DNA of 64,000 nucleotides from an uncultured virus (IMG/VR IMGVR_UViG_3300029955_000003) (lineage: Duplodnaviria > Heunggongvirae > Uroviricota > Caudoviricetes). Below, in pieces: positions 48,578 to 57,775 of this stretch. Numbering within the stretch: the stretch's first letter is position 1; the number at the start of each line of letters is the position of its first letter. The stretch is from the IMG/VR virus record IMGVR_UViG_3300029955_000003; one strand, 5' to 3'. The position numbers and the translations under genes are program-made. Under the pieces are notes generated by a model. The model did no database searches. It saw only the letters and a program-made list of their open reading frames with translations, and was not told where the DNA came from.

Positions 48578-48814
48578 TTACCTTATCGGAAATTTACGAT
48601 CTAACGTCTCTTTAATCTGTTTAAGATCGGTTCTTATCTCGATGATAATATCGTGATCTACTTCTAGCTTATCCACACGTACCTTTAGTACAGAGATATT
48701 CGCAGCATTAGTTTGAATATCATTCTTTAAAGAGAACGCAAAGCCGGTTAATCCTACGATAGTAGTAAGAATTAATAGTATTGGTTGAATGTTGTCATGA
48801 AATGCTTTTAACAT
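48578..48814 (-). CDS. small membrane-anchored coiled-coil protein
   Basis: One N-terminal TM segment plus coiled coil; TATAAATA at 48841-48848 (-), GGAG SD. Confidence 0.6.
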   Translation of the reverse strand: MLKAFHDNIQPILLILTTIVGLTGFAFSLKNDIQTNAANISVLKVRVDKLEVDHDIIIEIRTDLKQIKETLDRKFPIR

Positions 48815-48932
48815 AGCAGTTTACTCCAAGTTATATAAATTATTTATAACTTAATGGTATTATTCAATATTTTATAAGTGATATAAATTTTAAGTGTTGA
48901 CTTCGGATCGGGGTTATACTAAATATGAGCAT

Positions 48933-48980
48933 AACCACACAGGAGTTGTGTAGGTTCACATACACTAAAGGAGTTTTAGT
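48933..48980 (+). promoter_or_regulatory. GGAGU-loop hairpin plus SD leader (copy 1)
   Basis: AACCACACA-GGAGT-TGTGT(A)GGTT ... ACTAAAGGAGTTTTAGT-ATG. Confidence 0.65.
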
Positions 48981-50069
48981 ATGACAAAAAAGTACAACTA
49001 TGTGCTATTTCACGGCAGATTGCAGTTTCCCCATAAGGGACATAAACACAACATTGAAACAGCGCTTGAATTATCCGAAGTGGTAATGATCGGTATTGGT
49101 TCACCCAATAGAGCCAGTTCCCCCCGAAATCCTCTTTATGCGGAGGAACGTATTGAAGTTCTTACTAGAATGTTTCCACAAGAGGTAGCTGACGGGCGCA
49201 TACATTTTCTACCAATCCCTGATATTACTTATAACGATCAGGCGTGGGTTATCAACACGCGGAAAATTATAACTAATTTTATTTTGGATCATGGAAACGC
49301 ATATGGATTTCAAAATCATGGGTTGAAAGATTTCAACATTGGAATCATTGGTTATGAAAAAGATGCTTCATCTTCATACCTGAGAATGTTCCATGGGTGG
49401 GATTTGATCAGCTTGCCATCGCAGCACGGGACATTCAATTCAACGGAAATACGTGATAATTATTTTCAGCGGACTCCTATCTTTCCAGAACGGGTATGCC
49501 CGGTTGAAGTTGTCGATTATATGGAAAAATTCATGTATACCGATAAGTTCAAATGGTTGTTGGGTGAAGCCGAATATTACCGGGATTATAAGAAAAGTTG
49601 GGAACATTCCCCCTATCCTGTTATTATTCCTTGCGTAGACGCGGTATGTGTTCAAAATGGACAAATCCTTTTGGTAACAAGAGGCAAACGTCCCGGTTTA
49701 GGCTTGCTTGCACTTCCGGGAGGGCATGTCAATCCTGACGAAACATTCCGTAATGCTATTATTAGGGAACTGCGGGAGGAAACTGAAATAGAGGATAATA
49801 GAGGAAAAATGCCGCCAGCAGTTTTGGGAGCATATATTGAAGATAAGATGACTAGACTTTTCGATGATCCGTGGCGTTCTGAAAAAGGGCGAGTCACCAC
49901 CAATGCTTATAAGTTTACTTTCCCTGATAGGGACGAACCTTTCAAAGTGCTTGGTGCAGATGATGCGGAATTTGCACAGTGGTATCCGTTGGATTCTCTG
50001 GATGCTAGAGATTTCTTCGACGACCACGCCCATATCATTAGAGAAATGACCGGCGTTAATATTGATTGA
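48981..50069 (+). CDS. nadM: bifunctional NMN adenylyltransferase / Nudix ADP-ribose pyrophosphatase (NadM-Nudix)
   Basis: GRLQFPHKGH, RNPL, NSTEIRD, LPGG...RELREETEI Nudix box, ADDA, FFDDH. Confidence 0.93.
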   Translation: MTKKYNYVLFHGRLQFPHKGHKHNIETALELSEVVMIGIGSPNRASSPRNPLYAEERIEVLTRMFPQEVADGRIHFLPIPDITYNDQAWVINTRKIITNFILDHGNAYGFQNHGLKDFNIGIIGYEKDASSSYLRMFHGWDLISLPSQHGTFNSTEIRDNYFQRTPIFPERVCPVEVVDYMEKFMYTDKFKWLLGEAEYYRDYKKSWEHSPYPVIIPCVDAVCVQNGQILLVTRGKRPGLGLLALPGGHVNPDETFRNAIIRELREETEIEDNRGKMPPAVLGAYIEDKMTRLFDDPWRSEKGRVTTNAYKFTFPDRDEPFKVLGADDAEFAQWYPLDSLDARDFFDDHAHIIREMTGVNID

Positions 50070-50075
50070 AAACTA

Positions 50076-50105
50076 ATACTTGACTATGAGCTTATAGTCA
50101 AGTAT
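50076..50105. repeat. near-perfect 30-bp palindrome
   Basis: ATACTTGACTAT-GAGCTT-ATAGTCAAGTAT. Confidence 0.8.
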
Positions 50106-50122
50106 CCCATTACCTAAACCCT

Positions 50123-50168
50123 GTGTAGGGGAGTCCTACACTTATAGAAAACTGAAGGAGTTTTAGTT
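50123..50168 (+). promoter_or_regulatory. GGAGU-loop hairpin plus SD leader (copy 2)
   Basis: GTGTAGG-GGAGT-CCTACAC ... ACTGAAGGAGTTTTAGTT-ATG. Confidence 0.65.
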
Positions 50169-51638
50169 ATGAAACATTTTGTAAGATTTAATCCGCGCAA
50201 CCCTTGTTTAATGGCGGATGGTTATAAATTTTCACATGCCGCAGCGGGCGCTGTGCATAAGTGGGGACAATATCCCCCACACACTGAGCGGCAATTCAGC
50301 TATATCGAGGCGCGCGTCGGTTCTAAATTTAGCGAGGGCGTCTTTTTTGGTCTTCAATATTTTCTTAAAGAATATATGACCGTTCGTATAACGAAGAAAG
50401 ATGTCGAGGAAGCCGAGTATTTTTGTAAGCTTTATGGTGTTCCGTTTGATACGGAAAAGTTCATGGACATTGTGAATCGCACTGACGGATATTGGGATGT
50501 CACCATTGAGGCGATTCCCGAAGGATCGGTCGTTCCCAAATCCAATGTGCAGGTTCAAATCTATAACAATAGTCCAGAAAGTTTTTGGCAACCATCGTTC
50601 CTCGAAACGGTTTTGCAACGCGCCGTGTGGTACGGGAGTACCGTTGCGACTCTTTCGCGTGAAGCTAAAAAGGTTATCAGGCGCGGTCTGGAAATCTCGG
50701 CAGATAACTTAGATGGTTTGCCGTGGAAGCTTCATGATTTCGGTGCGCGTGGCGTTTCTTGCCATGAACAGGCGATGATCGGTGGCGCGGCGCATTTGGT
50801 TAACTTTATGGGAAGCGATACCGTTGAAGGCGTCGTGATGGCGAATTATTATTATGGTGAACAGATGGCGGCTAATACCATTGTTGCCACGGAACATTCA
50901 ACTACTATTAGTTGGGGTGAGATTAGAGAACCCGATGCATTGATCAATCTTATTGATCAATTTGGCGACAAATATAAAATTATCGCCAGTGTTGCAGACA
51001 GCTTTGATTTCTTTCGCGTGGTGGAAGAATATTGGGGTGAAAGGCTGCTACAGCGAGTGAAGGATTGGGGCGGCACGATTGTAGTCCGTCCTGATAGTGG
51101 CGACGCCACGACTATTCCTGTTGAGGGCATAGATCGTCTTATGAAGAAAGTTGGACACACTTTAAACACGAAACGGTTTAGATTACTGCCTAACTATTTC
51201 AGGTTTGTTCAAGGTGATGGAATGAATTTGGAATCGGTTGAGCAATTGGATAACAATCTTATTGCGGCGGGCATCAGCACTGATAACCTTACTCGTGGTA
51301 TGGGCGGCGGTCTTCTTATGAAGGTTGATCGTGACACCATGCATTATGCGCAGAAGCCGGGACTTATTGAAATCCGCAATCCTGATGGAACCATCGAGTA
51401 TCGCGAAATCCGTAAGACCCCCAAGACCGATACCGGCAAGACTTCTAAAGGCGGTCGTCTTGCCCTTATCGAAAGTTGTGGCATTGGTTCAAGCACCATC
51501 GAAACTATCAAATATGATGATTTGAATGGTCGCAGGAATTTACTTCGTCCGGTTTGGAAAACTGGCGAACTATTGATAGATTCTACCTTCGCACAAGTTA
51601 GAGAGAATGCTAAGCTTGACTATCACTACGCAGCGTAA
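50169..51638 (+). CDS. nadV: nicotinamide phosphoribosyltransferase
   Basis: DGYKFSH, FFGLQY, LHDFGARG, AHLVNFMGSDT, ATEHS, VRPDSGD, QGDG, GMGGGLL, KTSKGGRL. Confidence 0.95.
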   Translation: MKHFVRFNPRNPCLMADGYKFSHAAAGAVHKWGQYPPHTERQFSYIEARVGSKFSEGVFFGLQYFLKEYMTVRITKKDVEEAEYFCKLYGVPFDTEKFMDIVNRTDGYWDVTIEAIPEGSVVPKSNVQVQIYNNSPESFWQPSFLETVLQRAVWYGSTVATLSREAKKVIRRGLEISADNLDGLPWKLHDFGARGVSCHEQAMIGGAAHLVNFMGSDTVEGVVMANYYYGEQMAANTIVATEHSTTISWGEIREPDALINLIDQFGDKYKIIASVADSFDFFRVVEEYWGERLLQRVKDWGGTIVVRPDSGDATTIPVEGIDRLMKKVGHTLNTKRFRLLPNYFRFVQGDGMNLESVEQLDNNLIAAGISTDNLTRGMGGGLLMKVDRDTMHYAQKPGLIEIRNPDGTIEYREIRKTPKTDTGKTSKGGRLALIESCGIGSSTIETIKYDDLNGRRNLLRPVWKTGELLIDSTFAQVRENAKLDYHYAA

Positions 51639-51642
51639 TATA

Positions 51643-51670
51643 GTGGGGGCGCAAGCCCCCCCCTTATTCT
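51643..51670 (+). terminator. terminator after nadV
   Basis: GGGGGC-GCAA-GCCCCC. Confidence 0.65.
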
Positions 51671-51685
51671 TAAAAATGAGAAGTT

Positions 51686-52201
51686 ATGTATAACGATTTT
51701 TATAAACTTTCACAGTCTGAAAATTTTAATAAAATTATAAACTCGAACGGAATTTCCGAAAGTGTTATTTTTTTAAGTGATGCTGATAACGTTGTTTATA
51801 AATTTTATAAGAATGATCCCGCCTACTCCCGGTTCGTGAACTGGTGCGTGGGCAGGGACGACCCCCATTTGCCGGTGATCGAGTGTTTGCAAGAGACAGA
51901 TGATGGGTTTTCTAAGGTTAAATTAGAGAAACTTTCTCCGATCACTGAGGATGAATTTTATGATCTTGGTTTGTTTGATCTGATTAACTATGCGTTAGAT
52001 CAGGCAGAGTATGTTGATCACTTCATTCTCCCCACGGATGAATATCTTCAAGAAATTGTTATGCGCTATCCGGGGTTTGGGAGAACGATTGTTTCTCTTT
52101 ATACGGCACTCGTAGATAAACATAATAAGATTGATTTACATTACGAGAACATTATGATGCGTAGTGGTATTCCTGTTATTATTGATCCGTTGTTACCATG
52201 A
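51686..52201 (+). CDS. small Ser/Thr protein kinase (T7 gp0.7-like), paralogue A
   Basis: NGISESV, VVYKF..DPAY..F..WC, HLPVI, LEKL, DLHYENIM, IIDP. Confidence 0.7.
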   Translation: MYNDFYKLSQSENFNKIINSNGISESVIFLSDADNVVYKFYKNDPAYSRFVNWCVGRDDPHLPVIECLQETDDGFSKVKLEKLSPITEDEFYDLGLFDLINYALDQAEYVDHFILPTDEYLQEIVMRYPGFGRTIVSLYTALVDKHNKIDLHYENIMMRSGIPVIIDPLLP

Positions 52202-52773
52202 TTAAGGTCAAGAATGAGATAAAAACACGGTTAGCCAACAACGAGATACTTGATAAAAATCTTATTATTGGTTATTTTAAATTCTTTAACTACGAGTACT
52301 TGTCAGAAGGTGCGAGTAGTGTTGTATTCGAACACCCTACTAAACCTTATATTTTAAAAGTGTTTCAAAATGATGATGCATATTTTAACTATTTTGAGTT
52401 TTGTTTGTGTAATCAGAATAACCCTTTTATCCCGAAAGTTAAACCGGTTTTATTACATGGTCCCAATTCCGGTATTGTGAAAATTGAAAAACTATTTCCT
52501 ATTGACAAACGGGACCGTTTTGCATTAAAAGCAATGCAGTGGGTAGAAGCAGAGTTATATCTTGGTGATAAAATAGGATTACCGAAATTTAATGAAGATT
52601 TATACCATAAAGAAATTGGTGAGTGGATTAAGAACAATCCAGCGTTTGTCAGTTTAGCCAAACACTTACGATCACGCACGAAAGGAACCGGGCTACATTT
52701 TGATTTTCACGAAAGTAATATTATGAAGCGTGGGGATCAATTAGTTATTACTGATGCACTAATTCAAGGTTAA
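52198..52773 (+). CDS. small Ser/Thr protein kinase (T7 gp0.7-like), paralogue B
   Basis: EGASSVVFEHP, ILKVF..DDAY..Y..FC, FIPKV, IEKL, FDFHESNIM, ITDA. Confidence 0.75.
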   Translation: MIKVKNEIKTRLANNEILDKNLIIGYFKFFNYEYLSEGASSVVFEHPTKPYILKVFQNDDAYFNYFEFCLCNQNNPFIPKVKPVLLHGPNSGIVKIEKLFPIDKRDRFALKAMQWVEAELYLGDKIGLPKFNEDLYHKEIGEWIKNNPAFVSLAKHLRSRTKGTGLHFDFHESNIMKRGDQLVITDALIQG

Positions 52774-52854
52774 AAGGTGAGTTATATAAGAGTATCTTTA
52801 ATACGAGTCTTAGGATCATTAAAGATTATGAGGATGAATATTTACAGGAAAATT

Positions 52855-53313
52855 ATGATGGAGACGAGTTGGATCAAGAGTGAAGGGGCTATAGTATATG
52901 ATCCCCCGCGAGACACTATGAAACGGAACACCAAAAACTGGTGCATCGTTCAGACTTCGCGTGGTATTACCGGTCTTTATCGCTGGTTCCTCGACCGTAA
53001 TTGGTGGGAAGTGGAAAAAAACAATGTTAAACGTGGGTACTTTGAACCCGCGTTCCCCGGTCATATTTCCATTATCCGGGGCGAACAGTTGCGGCAAAAT
53101 GCCGAAGATTGGAATAAAATCTTTAAGAAAAAAGTAGCGTTTGAGTATGCAAATGACATTCGTATGACTACTCAAGACGAAAAATTTTACTATATTCCAG
53201 TAAGGTTCCCTGAATATAATGAAATCAGGAAGCACTTTGGCTTGTTGACGCACGATCCGCGCAACGGCAAGGAGTTTACAGGACATATCACGATAGCAAA
53301 GACGTATGGATAA
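52855..53313 (+). CDS. 2H phosphoesterase superfamily protein
   Basis: Two HxS/T motifs (HISII, HITIA); start uncertain between 52777 and 52855. Confidence 0.65.
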   Translation: MMETSWIKSEGAIVYDPPRDTMKRNTKNWCIVQTSRGITGLYRWFLDRNWWEVEKNNVKRGYFEPAFPGHISIIRGEQLRQNAEDWNKIFKKKVAFEYANDIRMTTQDEKFYYIPVRFPEYNEIRKHFGLLTHDPRNGKEFTGHITIAKTYG

Positions 53314-54310
53314 TATACCAAGTTTATTTGAGCAGTTATTCGTTGCAAGGAAACATTATAGAGCGCGCGGGTGGATCAATATAGATTGTCCTGAGTGCGG
53401 AGATACGCGCCAGCGTTGTGGGTTCAAACGAACTGACAACGCTGGTTTTCTTGTTTCTTGCTTAAATGGCGGCTGCGCACTTAATGTGGAAAGCGCTGGC
53501 TGGACGCCGGGATATTTCTTTAGTGGTCGATTGAAAAAGTTGTATAGCGATTTGGGTGGTGACATTAGAGAGCTACCGCTTAAAGATATGGCATTCCAAA
53601 ATAGAAAAATAATTCATGATAAGAATGGTAATGTTATTGGGCAAGAACAATTAGAGATTGTCACCAACTTTCCAGAAATAGAGTTGCCGGAACGCGCCAT
53701 CCCGCTGCTCGATGCCGCGGAAAAAAACCACGATGCGTTGGAAGTCTTTGAATATTTGATTGATCGTTGGGCTGACTATCCAAAATATTACAACTTCTAT
53801 TGGTCACCTAAATGGAGAAATAATCTTATCATTCCGTTTTTTCATAAAGAAAAAGTAGTTGGTTATGCCAGCCGTAATATTAAGATAAAAACCGGTAAAG
53901 GTCGGTACTATCAAACATGTGCTGCGGACTTTATGTTCAATCAAGATAAAATTTTTAACAATGATGAGGGTGTAGCAATTGTAGTTGAATCACCGTTAGA
54001 CGCTATTGCATTAGATTGTTATGCATCTAAAGCGTCCCATCTAACAAAGAAACAAATAAACCTATTAAACGCGTCAGGTAAAGAAATAATTTTAGTACCT
54101 GACCATCGCATAAAAGAATATGAATCCTTTCTTAATATTGCGATTGATAACAATTGGTCATTAGCTGTTCCTGATTGGGGTAGTTCATTATTAGATGCGG
54201 GAGATTCTATCAAAAAGAATGGTGCGTTGTTCACCTTGGATATCATTGTCACATCAGCTTCAAAGAACTATATACGAAGTAGGAGTTCTTTGAAATTAAA
54301 AGCACAATGA
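53306..54310 (+). CDS. DNA primase (gp61-like)
   Basis: CPEC Zn finger..CLNGGC, IIPFF, GYASR, TOPRIM VESPLDA and PD motifs. Confidence 0.85.
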   Translation: MDNIPSLFEQLFVARKHYRARGWINIDCPECGDTRQRCGFKRTDNAGFLVSCLNGGCALNVESAGWTPGYFFSGRLKKLYSDLGGDIRELPLKDMAFQNRKIIHDKNGNVIGQEQLEIVTNFPEIELPERAIPLLDAAEKNHDALEVFEYLIDRWADYPKYYNFYWSPKWRNNLIIPFFHKEKVVGYASRNIKIKTGKGRYYQTCAADFMFNQDKIFNNDEGVAIVVESPLDAIALDCYASKASHLTKKQINLLNASGKEIILVPDHRIKEYESFLNIAIDNNWSLAVPDWGSSLLDAGDSIKKNGALFTLDIIVTSASKNYIRSRSSLKLKAQ

Positions 54311-55773
54311 CAGCAGCCGTACACGCAAAATCACCAGAAATCGATTTAGATCAGATTCCAGAGCATGATCCCGTTGAAATTGATCAGTTTATCATGCTTT
54401 CGAGCATGGTTGCGAATCCCGATATCTTGAGAAAATGTCAACCCATATTAAAGAAGGAATATTTCACAAGGGAATATCAGAAAGCTTACGAGTTTATTAA
54501 TAAATTTCTGTTAGAAATGAATCGCGCCCCCACTAGGAATATAGTATGGAGCGAGACAGGCGTTAAGCTTGACCCTGCCGAGGATTACCGCGATGCAGAA
54601 ATTGCTGATTACATGGTAACATCTATTGTTGATCATTGTCGGCATTCGCAGTTAATAGATTTTCTAAATGATTCTTCTGAACAGATTAATAAACTTCGGC
54701 AGTCACAAACTGCGATTGATCGTGGCACATTATCGTCCTTTATGAAGACAATTGAGACTATTTCAAATACCAGCGTTCAACAGAACCTTGGATATGAATT
54801 TCATAAAGACGTTGAAACCTTGATAGAAATGTCAAAGTCTCACGATGGGGTAGCGACAGGTTTAGATTTTCTAGATGAAGTTCTTGAAGGGGGTGTTACA
54901 CAACCGAGTGTTAATGTCGTGTCGGCTGCTTCTGGACATGGTAAATCGGTATTCTTACAGAATATGGCAATTTATCAATTAAGAAGAGGCAAGAACGTTA
55001 TATATTTCTCCCTTGAGCTTCAACCGGAAATGTTGGCAAAGCGTTTCGCCGCTATGATGACTGACACGGCAATGGGTAAAATTTATACCGAGGTCGATTC
55101 GGTTGTTTATCAGGTTCACCGTAATGGGAAAAAAGAAGGCAAACTGCGTATTGTAAAATACAATATGTCTGGTACTACCGTAGCCGACTTGAGAAACTAT
55201 CATAAAGAAGTTAGTGAGCATGATGGAGTTTTATATGATGTAGTTTGCGCCGATTACATGGATTTGTTTTGGGCGATGCGACCGGGAATACAGGCTGATA
55301 ATGTATCTGCCAAAGATAAAGCTGTTTCCGAAGAAATGAACGATTTTGCTCATGACAAATATTGCAAGAAAGTGATTTGGACGGCATCACAAATGACCAA
55401 GGGTCAGGATGAAGAAAAGGCAACCGGGCAAGGACGTGTGGCGGGCGGTAAATCTAAAGTTGACGCCGCCGATAACCTATTCATATTAAAGCGTACTATA
55501 GAAGACAAACAGGAAGAACGCATATGGTTGCATATATCTAAGGCGCGATCTTCTAGAGCAGAAGGTGCTTCGATCCCGCTGCACTGGAATCCTGCTACTT
55601 TACGAATAGGGAATGGTGATAGAAGCCTGTTAATGGAAGCAAATCCATTTCTTTATGGTAAAGTTGAAAAACCAAAAGAAAATGTTGAAGGTAATGTTGC
55701 CGCCGCCGAAAATAAAACCATAACTACTATTAGAAGTAGACTAGCTCAAAACAAGGAAGCAAAGAATGGCTGA
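54307..55773 (+). CDS. replicative DNA helicase (gp41/DnaB-like)
   Basis: TG...LD..L.GG, SGHGKS, FSLEL, DYMDL, WTASQ, KAR. Confidence 0.9.
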   Translation: MTAAVHAKSPEIDLDQIPEHDPVEIDQFIMLSSMVANPDILRKCQPILKKEYFTREYQKAYEFINKFLLEMNRAPTRNIVWSETGVKLDPAEDYRDAEIADYMVTSIVDHCRHSQLIDFLNDSSEQINKLRQSQTAIDRGTLSSFMKTIETISNTSVQQNLGYEFHKDVETLIEMSKSHDGVATGLDFLDEVLEGGVTQPSVNVVSAASGHGKSVFLQNMAIYQLRRGKNVIYFSLELQPEMLAKRFAAMMTDTAMGKIYTEVDSVVYQVHRNGKKEGKLRIVKYNMSGTTVADLRNYHKEVSEHDGVLYDVVCADYMDLFWAMRPGIQADNVSAKDKAVSEEMNDFAHDKYCKKVIWTASQMTKGQDEEKATGQGRVAGGKSKVDAADNLFILKRTIEDKQEERIWLHISKARSSRAEGASIPLHWNPATLRIGNGDRSLLMEANPFLYGKVEKPKENVEGNVAAAENKTITTIRSRLAQNKEAKNG

Positions 55774-56095
55774 AAATAAACCAATTGGGATGTTCATGGG
55801 ATCGTATGATTTTTTACCGGAAAAGACTATAACACAGGATGACTTAAATATTGTAACTATAGAGTTTTTAAGAAGACTGTTTGTTAAAAAGATTGACGGT
55901 AAGGAAGAACCGTTTCCTTATCCCGATGGTGCGACTACACAGGAACAACTTATTAAATTGTATACTACTATGAAAATTTCATTTCGTCCTGACGTGTTTG
56001 AAGGTTTCCCTGCCGTAGTACGCAAACATTTTATGATCAGGGAGCGCAATGGTGCATTTTATAGATACGGTCACAAACCAAGGGCACTGCGTTAA
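55766..56095 (+). CDS. hypothetical protein
   Basis: 109-aa ORF overlapping the helicase end. Confidence 0.65.
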   Translation: MAENKPIGMFMGSYDFLPEKTITQDDLNIVTIEFLRRLFVKKIDGKEEPFPYPDGATTQEQLIKLYTTMKISFRPDVFEGFPAVVRKHFMIRERNGAFYRYGHKPRALR

Positions 56096-56121
56096 TACAT
56101 AAATATTTTTGAAAGCATTTA

Positions 56122-56379
56122 ATGAACGAGCGGTTGTTTCATAGTTTTATTTCTGATCTGAGTCGGTTTTCATCTCCCGGTGAGGTATTGATGCGCGCCC
56201 AAGATGCATTTGGGGTGGCAATTAAATTGTTCACGTTGATTGATAACACCGTTCCCGATCCAGAAAACAACCACAAGATAAAAATGGCATGGTTCAAAGC
56301 CGTAAGAGATAATGATTTTCGCAAGTTCAATAAGGCTTACAAAAAATATTCAACATTAGGAAAAGATAATATATCATGA
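56122..56379 (+). CDS. hypothetical protein
   Basis: 85 aa; TAAATA upstream. Confidence 0.6.
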   Translation: MNERLFHSFISDLSRFSSPGEVLMRAQDAFGVAIKLFTLIDNTVPDPENNHKIKMAWFKAVRDNDFRKFNKAYKKYSTLGKDNIS

Positions 56380-56564
56380 AAAAGAAAACATTATTGGAGC
56401 TTTTTGATGAAGTGCAAGAAAATTGTTCTGCTGGCGCTGTAGGAGCAGGGGCGATTAGCGGCGGATTGGCGATTGGTACCACAGAGGCTCCCAAGGTCAA
56501 GATTATTAAACGTTCACCAAAAACAAAAAAGCGGGATAATAATACAATTTCAACAGAAAAGTAA
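56376..56564 (+). CDS. hypothetical small late protein
   Basis: 62 aa, ATGA overlap; LLELF..EN.SAGA motif. Confidence 0.55.
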   Translation: MKKKTLLELFDEVQENCSAGAVGAGAISGGLAIGTTEAPKVKIIKRSPKTKKRDNNTISTEK

Positions 56565-56643
56565 CTTTAATCCTAAATACTTTTTGACACAAATGAAATG
56601 AATTAATCATTTTAGATATAATGTGTAATAGGAGAAAAGTAAA

Positions 56644-57267
56644 ATGACATATGATGTCTACTCAGCAAATGTACTGAATACCGTAAGCTTTATCGTTGAA
56701 CCACAGTTAGTGGGTGAAAACGTGGCTGGTTTGTTTGGTATTTTTCGCGGTCCCGAAAATGCTCACCCATTTTTTGGTCAGCTTACAACCACCCCGACTG
56801 CTCTGCAAAATCTTGCACAGCTTCGTACAGACTACATCGTGCGCGCATTGACTGCTTACGCCCCAGTTGTTGGTGTTCGTTTAGTAACTAACGCTTCTGG
56901 TTCAATCGTACCGACCGTGAACTTCGGTTCGGCAATTAAGGTTACCTTCGAAACCAATTCAATGGGAATTTTCGAAGACCCTGCTTATATTTCAAGCGGT
57001 GGTGTTGGTAACAAAGAAAGAACTACGGATATCGTGGACACCCTTGGTGTTGGTGGTATGTCTTATACCAAGACAAAGCCCGGCTTACAGAGCCTATTAA
57101 ATGCTCTTTCGACCGTTTCGTTTGATAATGGTGTTACGGGTCCGTTCGGCGCTCTTGCTGCAACTGGTGCGATCACTCTTCCTGATACAACCGTAACAAC
57201 CGGTGCGCCTACGCTCACCGCTGCTGGTGGTTTCACCGCAGGATTGAAGATTTATTTTGCCAACTAA
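56644..57267 (+). CDS. hypothetical virion structural protein
   Basis: Late promoter, AGGAG SD, Gly/Thr-rich, strong terminator. Confidence 0.65.
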   Translation: MTYDVYSANVLNTVSFIVEPQLVGENVAGLFGIFRGPENAHPFFGQLTTTPTALQNLAQLRTDYIVRALTAYAPVVGVRLVTNASGSIVPTVNFGSAIKVTFETNSMGIFEDPAYISSGGVGNKERTTDIVDTLGVGGMSYTKTKPGLQSLLNALSTVSFDNGVTGPFGALAATGAITLPDTTVTTGAPTLTAAGGFTAGLKIYFAN

Positions 57268-57292
57268 GTTAGTTAAGTAAATGTTTATGATT

Positions 57293-57318
57293 AAAGAGGG
57301 GTTCGCCCCTCTTTTTTT
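57293..57318 (+). terminator. intrinsic terminator
   Basis: AAAGAGGGG-TTCG-CCCCTCTTTTTTT. Confidence 0.9.
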
Positions 57319-57355
57319 ATTGCATTTTTATAAAATAATATCTAAATAACAACAA

Positions 57356-57775
57356 ATGAGCAATAATTTAAATTTTAATATACTAAAACAAGCTTGGAAA
57401 AAGCTTATACGAAGTAATATTACTTCAATACTTAAAGTTGCGCCCGGTTTTGATAACCCACAAAATGTCTTTTTGAAAAACATGAAAGATTCTAGTGATT
57501 CTTTAGAAGTTAAATTTGGTGGGTTTGAGAGTGCGGTCAAAGATACCCGCGATGTGCAATCAGCTAAAAGAGTTATAATCGACTGGTTAAAAAAAATAAG
57601 CATATCCGTGCAGATAATACCTTCAACCCCCACAGAATTATATGTTAGAATATCTAAAGATTTAAAATTTTCTGAAGATATACAGCCTGTTGTGGTTGAA
57701 AAACCGATAAAAGAAAATAAATACCCATTATCTGAAAAAAAATTAGTTAATATTGTACGGAGTAATCTTAAATGA
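57356..57775 (+). CDS. hypothetical protein
   Basis: 139 aa; TAAATA 7 nt upstream. Confidence 0.6.
   Translation: MSNNLNFNILKQAWKKLIRSNITSILKVAPGFDNPQNVFLKNMKDSSDSLEVKFGGFESAVKDTRDVQSAKRVIIDWLKKISISVQIIPSTPTELYVRISKDLKFSEDIQPVVVEKPIKENKYPLSEKKLVNIVRSNLK

Noticed and set aside
48578..48814. Holin or spanin call
   Set aside because: One TM segment plus a coiled coil is not diagnostic; there is no adjacent endolysin or lipobox.
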